A DNA stretch of 59,551 nucleotides, taken from NCBI GenBank assembly GCA_963514005.1, contig CAUPSL010000040.1, positions 1 through 59,551 on the forward strand, given 5' to 3'. Below the pieces are notes generated by a model that was given only the letters and a program-made list of their open reading frames with translations, was not told the DNA's origin and did not search any database. Positions 53,114 to 59,551 of the stretch are shown here, piece by piece; within the stretch, counting starts at the first letter, position 1, and each line of letters opens with the position of its first letter. The translations under genes were made by a program, and so were the position numbers. This stretch comes from Raja brachyura (taxonomy: Eukaryota).

Positions 53114-54339
53114 CTGCCAAACATTTTTATAAAATACATATATGAAAAATATGTTTTTGTGATTGACCGACAGAATACCCATTCGTGATATGTTTGGCAG
53201 CATAGGATTCAACATCTGAAATTGGGTGTTAATGAAATCAAACTATTAATTTATTTTACTTTTACGATTATTCCAATCTGCTCATAGTTATATGCAGGAT
53301 GTGTCGATAAATTTTAATCCCGCCGCGTTTTATCACTGCAAACTCTTTGGTCTAATCATTGTCAAGTTACCTTGTTAATTTTATAGTATAGTACCATAAG
53401 TGAATGTGATTATGTATATGAATTCCGGAAGAAAAGCAGTAAGTGGGGTACCATCATATTAATCTTGCAATGAGGTGTTGTTTATTTGCCACTGTTAAAT
53501 GACATTACGCACGGAGTCTTCAGTTTTTTTTGTGCAAAATTCGAAATATTACTTTTTCCCATTAGCACTGTGCTCCACAACTCCCATCTGATTTCGATTC
53601 AACCGTCTGGTGAATTAGAAGAACAGGTGAATAAGAGTGAAAGTGTTTACGAAATCCATAGTTGTTCCATACGGATGAATCCAGACGTCCTTGAAACAAC
53701 CTTAACAATTTCCGGATATCTTCCTCTGTCTAAAATCGATTGATTTGAATGAAAACCAGCACAAAGTGAAATGGAAAGTTAAGGACCAGCTGACCCCCGA
53801 GGTGCCGTGCTTTTCACCAATTGTCAATTTATTTCGTATAATTTGCGCTACATGGTGATAAATATTGGCTGGCAAAAGTAACTATAAAGGGACAGAACAA
53901 TGTATCGGAACTCATCGGCCCATGCCCAATCATATTTAACTCGGGGTCCCAAGCTAAGTTATACTTTTGATTTGTATGTTTCCTCGAGTAAAAATAAATC
54001 GAACGTGAGGCCTCGGGAGAAGGCTCTGGGCTCCTAAACTGACCCCCAACAGAAAAAAGCAACGGCTCATCCTATTGCAGTAGAAATTCTACACTCCAAT
54101 CTATCCACAATCATGTTCATCAAAACATCACCTCTGTTCCCTCTTAACGTGTCAACTCGTATATACTGCACACTGTTGTTTGGACTATCAACAACTGATT
54201 TGAAAACACAATAGGTATACGTACGATAGGCTTTCCAAAACAATAGCCGCTAAGCACAATTAACTTTGGAGCACAATAAGAACTACTACTTTTTTAAAAC
54301 GCCGCCAATTGAGGCGGCGCGGTCGTCTGGCAAGCTGAC

Positions 54340-57300
54340 CTCTACCGGGCTGAGGCCAGGCGGCAGAACTCTCAGACACCTCACCTAAATATCCTTGGAC
54401 ATTGACCCCACAGACGAGCACCAGACCTATAATATCAGACACCATTTCCGATGTTGTTACTTCAGGCTCTCTGCCATCTAAAACATACAAAGGTATCGTA
54501 CCCACGCCCTGCGCGGCCTGATTTCATATTCTCGCCCAAAATCCACAAACATAATTGTTCTAGCAGACATATTGTTTTTGCTTGTTCATATCCAGCCGAA
54601 TTAATTTCCTCATGCCTCTAATCCTTTCTATCCATAATTGTACAATCCCTCCTATGCCCGTCAACTATGTCCATTACCTATGTCCGTCACACGCTCTTCG
54701 TTTCTTCGACGACATATTTCCCAGGCCACCACTCCTACATCTTTAGCATGGATGTCCAGTCACTCTACACGTCTATCCCCCACCAGGATGGTCTAACTGC
54801 ACTCTGTTTCTTCTTCGACCGCAGCCCCCGTCAAGTTCCATCTACGAATACCCTTCTCCGCCCAGCAGAGCTTGTCCTAAACCTCAACAACATATACTTC
54901 GACTCCACTCACTTCCTCCAAATGCAAGGCATAGCGATGTGTACTCGCATGGGTCTCAGATATACCTGCCTGTTTGTAAGGTACGGCAAAAAATCACTGT
55001 TCTAAACATACACTGCTCCTATCATTGAACTCTACTTCCGCTACAATGACGATTGCATGCATGCTGCCTCTTGCATCCGTGCAGAACACACTGACTTCAA
55101 CAACTTCCAATGTTCTAGTTTCCAATGTTCTATCGATTCAGGATGAGTTCTTGTGTATTTGAGGGTAGCTAATGGTATCCCACTTTTTAAGAACGAAGGA
55201 AGACAGAAACGAGGACATTATAGATTAGTTAGCTTGATATCGGTTGTGGGAAGATGTTGGAGTCAATTATAAAATATCAAATAGCGACACATTTCTATAG
55301 AAGTAACAGGATCGGTCTGAGTCAGCAGGGACTTACGAAGGAGAAATCATGCTTGATTAATCTTCTGGAATTTTATGAGGGTGTAATCCGGAAAATGGAC
55401 AAGGGATAGTCAGTGCATGTTGTGTACCTGGATTTTCAGAAAACATTTGATAAGGTTCCACATAGGAGATTAGTGGGCAAATTTAGAGCACATGGTATTG
55501 GGGGTAGAGTACTGACATCGATAGAAAAGTGGTTGGCAGACAGGAAACAAAGGGTAGGGTTAAACGGGTCCCTTTCAGAAAGTCAAGTAGTGACAAGTGT
55601 GGTATGGCAAGGCTCGGTGTTGGGACCGCAGCTATTTACAATATACATCAATGATCCAGATGAAGGGATTCAAAGTAACATTAGCTAATTTCCAGATGAC
55701 ACGACGCTAGGTGACAGTATGAAGTGCGAGGAGGATGTTATGAGGATGCACGGTAACATGGACAGGTTGGTGCGTGGGCGGATATATGGCAGATGCAGTT
55801 TAGTGTGGATATCCACATTGGTCGCAAAAACAGGGAGGCAGATTATTAACTCAACCGTGTCAAGCTTCGAAACTGGGAAGCAAACAGACATCTGGGTGTC
55901 CTTTGTTGATCATTCACTGAAAGAAAGCATGCAGGTATAGGAGGCAGCGAATAAAGCTCATGGTATGTTTGCCTTCATAACAAGCCGGGTTGTGTACATG
56001 AGCAAAGAGGTCCTTCTGCTGATGTACCGGGCGCTAGTGAGACCACGCGTTGAGTATTGTATGCAGTTTTTGTCTCCAAATATGAGGAAGGACATCCTTG
56101 CTAATGAAGGAGTGCAGCGTGGGTTCACGGGTTAATTCCTGGGATGGCGGTTCTGTTATATTTGGATAGGATGGAGAGGCTGGGCTTGTATGCTCTGGAA
56201 TTTAGAAGGATGAGAGGGGATATTATTGAAACGTATACAATTATTAAGGGGTTGGATACGCTGGAGGCAGGAGACATGTTCCCGATGTTAGGGGATTCCA
56301 GAACCAAGGTTCACAGTTTAAGAATACGGGACAGGCCATTTAGAACGGAGACGAAGAAACGCGTTTACACCCATAAAGTTGTGCATCTGTGGAACGTTGT
56401 ACTTCAGAGGGCAGTGGGGGCCAATTCGCGTTCAAGCGAAAATTCAAGAGAGCTCTTGAAGATAGTGTATTCAGAGGATGTTGTGAGAAGGCAGGAACGA
56501 GGTACTGAATGTGGATGAACAGCCATGATCATAGTTCATGGTGGTGCTGGCTCCAAGAGCCGAAAGGCGTACTCCTGCAGCTATTGTCTATTATCAACTC
56601 AGGAATAATTTTCATCCTGCACTCAATTTCACTTGGACCATATACGACATCTCCTTACCATATCTGGATCTCACCATCTCCCTCGCAAGAGGCAGACTAT
56701 TAACGGACATCTACTGCAAGCCTCCTGACTCCCATTGCTTTCTTGACATCTCTTCCCACCATACTTCTGTAAAGTCTCTATCCCCTACTACCAATTCCTC
56801 CGTCCATGTCGTATCTGCGCCCAGAATGATGTGTATGTACTGGTTCATCGGAGATGTTCTCATGGTTTAGGAAACCGGCTTTCCCTCGTCCATTTTAGAT
56901 GAGGCACTTTCTTGAGTCTCCTCGATATCAAGCAGCTCCGCTCTAGTTTCCCCTCCCCCCATTAGAAACAAGGACAGAGTCCCCATTGTCCTCACCTTCC
57001 ATCCCAACAGCTATCCCATACAGCATACAATCCTCCAAAACTTCGGCCACCGACAACGGGATTGCACTACTGGCCACATCTTCCCATCTCCACCCTTTTC
57101 TGCTTTCTGCCAAGACCGTTGCTTCCGCAACTCCCTGGTCAACGAGTCCCTTCCCAACAAAGCAATCTCTCCCCAGGTACGTTCGCCTGCTTCTGCAGGA
57201 AATGCAACACCTGTCCGTTTAGATCCCCCCTCGACTCCGTCGAAATACTCCGACAGTCTTTTGAGTTGAGGCAGAGGATCAAGCACGTTTTGCAACCTCG

Positions 57301-57742
57301 TCCACTGTATTCGCTGTTCTAGCTGTCAATATCTGTACATCGGCGAGACTAAGCGCAACCTCATCTCCCGATTGTTCAGCACGTTAAACCCCCGCCCATT
57401 CCCAATCGCTCAATTCTGGCCTGGGCCTCCTCCATTGTCAGAGTGAGGCCCAGCGCAAAGTGGCGGAAAATCACCTCATATTTCTCTTGGGTAGCTCACA
57501 CCCCAGCGGTATGAACATTGATTTATCTAACTTCAAGTAACCCTTGTATTCCCTCTCTCTCCATCCCCATCGCCCTTCCCAGTCCTCCCACCAATATTAC
57601 TCTCTTAGACAACATTCTATACCTGTCCCGCCTACTCCTCAAACATCAATCTGAAGAAGGGTCTCGACCCGAAATGTCACCATCCCTTCTGTCCACAGAT
57701 GATGCCTGCCCCCGCTGAGTTTCTCCAGCATTTTCTGTCTAC
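54340..57742 (+). mobile_element. Penelope-like element (RT + GIY-YIG) split by a CR1 (parts ~54340-55108 and ~56593-57742)
   Basis: SMDVQSLYTSIPH, GIAMCTRMG, FRYNDDC | NFHPALNFTW, YCKPPDSH, CFCRKCNTC, LYIGETKR; 3' end ctgaagaagggtctcgacccgaaa. Confidence 0.9.
55145..56592 (+). mobile_element. CR1 LINE nested in Penelope
   Basis: YLDFQKTFDKVPH, QGSVLGP, GLYALEFRRMRGD; tail ctattgtcta. Confidence 0.92.
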
Positions 57743-57796
57743 TGCGTTACAAAATTCTGTACAAAACATTTATGTTGGCAATATATATTTACTCAC

Positions 57797-57820
57797 CGGT
57801 GCCTCTCAAGGATTCTATTT
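57797..57820 (-). CDS. Micro-exon, 24 nt, (E)IESLRGT
   Basis: tttttgcttag|AAATAGAATCCTTGAGAGGCACCG|gtgagt. Confidence 0.75.
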
Positions 57821-58889
57821 CTAAGCAAAAAAATGAAAGATAATTAATCCAGAGTGGAACCTGTTTGATTATGAGATAAATAACGTCGGAGCAAGTACTT
57901 TGCAACAAAATGTTGGGACTTCTTTATGTCCACGAAATGTGCAGTATTTACTTGTCAGCACCATTCACTTGCATTCGGTGTAGTTTGCGAGTTAGCGACT
58001 CACATTGTTGTAATTAACCTGAAAAAAGTCAATACATCACCGTGACCCGGTCTAGTGTATGCCAGAACATTGTGGAAAGCATGGGAAAATAATGTGGACA
58101 CTGATAGATATAGTTATGTCCGCGATAACTGCTGATAAGGTGGCGTGAGTCTCGAGGGTGGCTAACGGTTTTCTTCATTTTAAGAATAACTGCATGGGGT
58201 AGCTTGACGACAACATTGCGGTGAACCTAACTTCAGTGTTTCTCAATTTTCGGAGCGAATTTCGAGAGACAAGACGAATTGGAGATAAACACCATTGCAT
58301 TCCGCGTTTATCAAGAGGTTGATTACATATTTTGAAATGGCGATCAAGAAGTCTGAAGATGATAATCTGCTATGTTGCTCTTTCGATTTCAGTACGGTCC
58401 TTTCCAGAGCTTGGAATGTTAGGTTGCATTGAATCCAGGGTGAGCTTTTGAAAATGTATCTTTCGTAACTGAACATCTACAATTCCCTTTAAGGCGCCGT
58501 GGATTGCAGCTGTAAGCAATACTTATGGTGGAAGAGCCGTAAGGCACGTTACTCTTCAGAAATGTTCGAACCCATATAAATATAACGGTTGCATTAACCA
58601 CGTGACAATACGTTAAAAATCAAGGAATTGTCACATAAATGTTTCTTTTTGCTTCTTGGAAATTGTACCATTTCACGAATCTTTTCACAACCTGCGCATG
58701 AAAAACTGTTTCCCACGTGTATTTGACCTCATAATATCCAAGAGCTTTATATTTGCTGCACACAGATGTGTGCAAGCTGCCCTAAAGTTGGTCTGAGCGT
58801 TGCATTCTATGACATCTTCATCAACACAAAATGCATTTCGCTGAATCACATGAAATATATAAATGAGTTCCTGTACGTTTAGGAAACAA

Positions 58890-59475
58890 TCTGGACCACA
58901 GGACCACATCAGGAGTTTTGTATCCAGTTTTGGTCCCCTAATTTGAGGAAGGACATACTTGTGATTGAGGCACTGCAGCGTAGGTTGAAGAAATTGATCC
59001 CCGGGATGGCGGGACTGTCATATAAGAACGATTGAAAAGCCTAGGCTTGTATTCACTGGAGTTTACAAGGATCACGGGGGGTCTTATAGAAACGTATAGA
59101 ATTATAAAAGGACTGAACAAGCTAGATGCAGGAAACATGTTCCCGATGTTGGGCGATTCCAGAACCAGGGGCCAGAGTATTAGAATAAAGAGGAAGCCAT
59201 TTATGGCTGAGGTGAGAACAATATTTTTCACTAAAGAGAGTTGTGAATGTGTGGAATTCCATGCCACAGAGTGCAGTGGAGGCCAAGGCACGGGACGGAT
59301 TTAAGATAGTTAGATAGAGCTCTAGGGGCTAGTGGAATCAAGGGAAATGGGGAGAAGGCAGGCACGGGTTATTGATTGAGGACGTTCAGCCATGATCGTC
59401 TCGTGGGGCCGAATGGCCTCCTCTGTCTCGTAGGGCCAAATGGCCTCCGCTGCACCTATTTTCTATGTTTCTATG
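58890..59475 (+). mobile_element. CR1 3' end
   Basis: SLGLYSLEFTRITGGLIETYRIIKG; ttctatgtttctatg tail. Confidence 0.92.
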
Positions 59476-59551
59476 TAACAAGCTTTGACATGCAGATCCC
59501 CTCGTTCAGAACATTGTCAAAGTTGAGAAAGACTTCAGAAATGTGCGACAC

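Larger units (their letters stand above)
6612..57820 (-). other. Unnamed host gene (partial) built from an array of symmetric phase-1 micro-exons encoding a coiled-coil-like region
   Basis: About 24 AG..GT-bounded 15-36 nt segments, all 3n and open in phase 1, on one strand and all outside TEs. Joined, the best run reads EFDELEKTVKAM-ERTLIEKAQ-EVDTLKKALADI-TREFRG-DLKRLQTDV-AESFKQTKQ-ELDAIKNYMKIP. Confidence 0.8.

Noticed and set aside
6612-57820. Naming the host gene as butyrophilin/BG, TSBP1 or triadin
   Set aside because: Only the exon architecture is similar; no diagnostic domain or sequence match is visible, so no symbol was assigned.
58050-58880. Large coding exon in unique DNA at the right end
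   Set aside because: Stops in all three minus-strand frames and no recognisable domain.

Overview
Eukaryotic (vertebrate) genomic DNA. The repeat families seen (CR1 LINEs with (TTCTATGT)n tails, an HE1/V-SINE-like fragment, Penelope-derived repeats) suggest a cartilaginous fish such as a skate; this is inference. Roughly 60% of the window is decayed, often nested transposable elements: many CR1 LINEs, two Rex1/Babar LINEs, Penelope (GIY-YIG) elements, an L1 3' fragment, a HERO-like restriction-endonuclease LINE, a Gypsy LTR element and a TIR-bounded non-autonomous element. Nearly all long ORFs in the supplied track are fragments of these elements or noise. The main signal is invisible to the ORF track. 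About 24 candidate micro-exons of 15-36 nt lie on the minus strand across ~51 kb. Each is AG/GT-bounded, a multiple of 3 and open in phase 1. Spliced together they give a ~213-aa stop-free, heptad-patterned (coiled-coil-like) peptide that includes two clearly paralogous exons (..LKKALADI). I could not name the gene, and its 5' end appears to lie beyond the right edge of the window. The exons were found by eye, so weaker ones may be false and others missed. TE boundaries are approximate.
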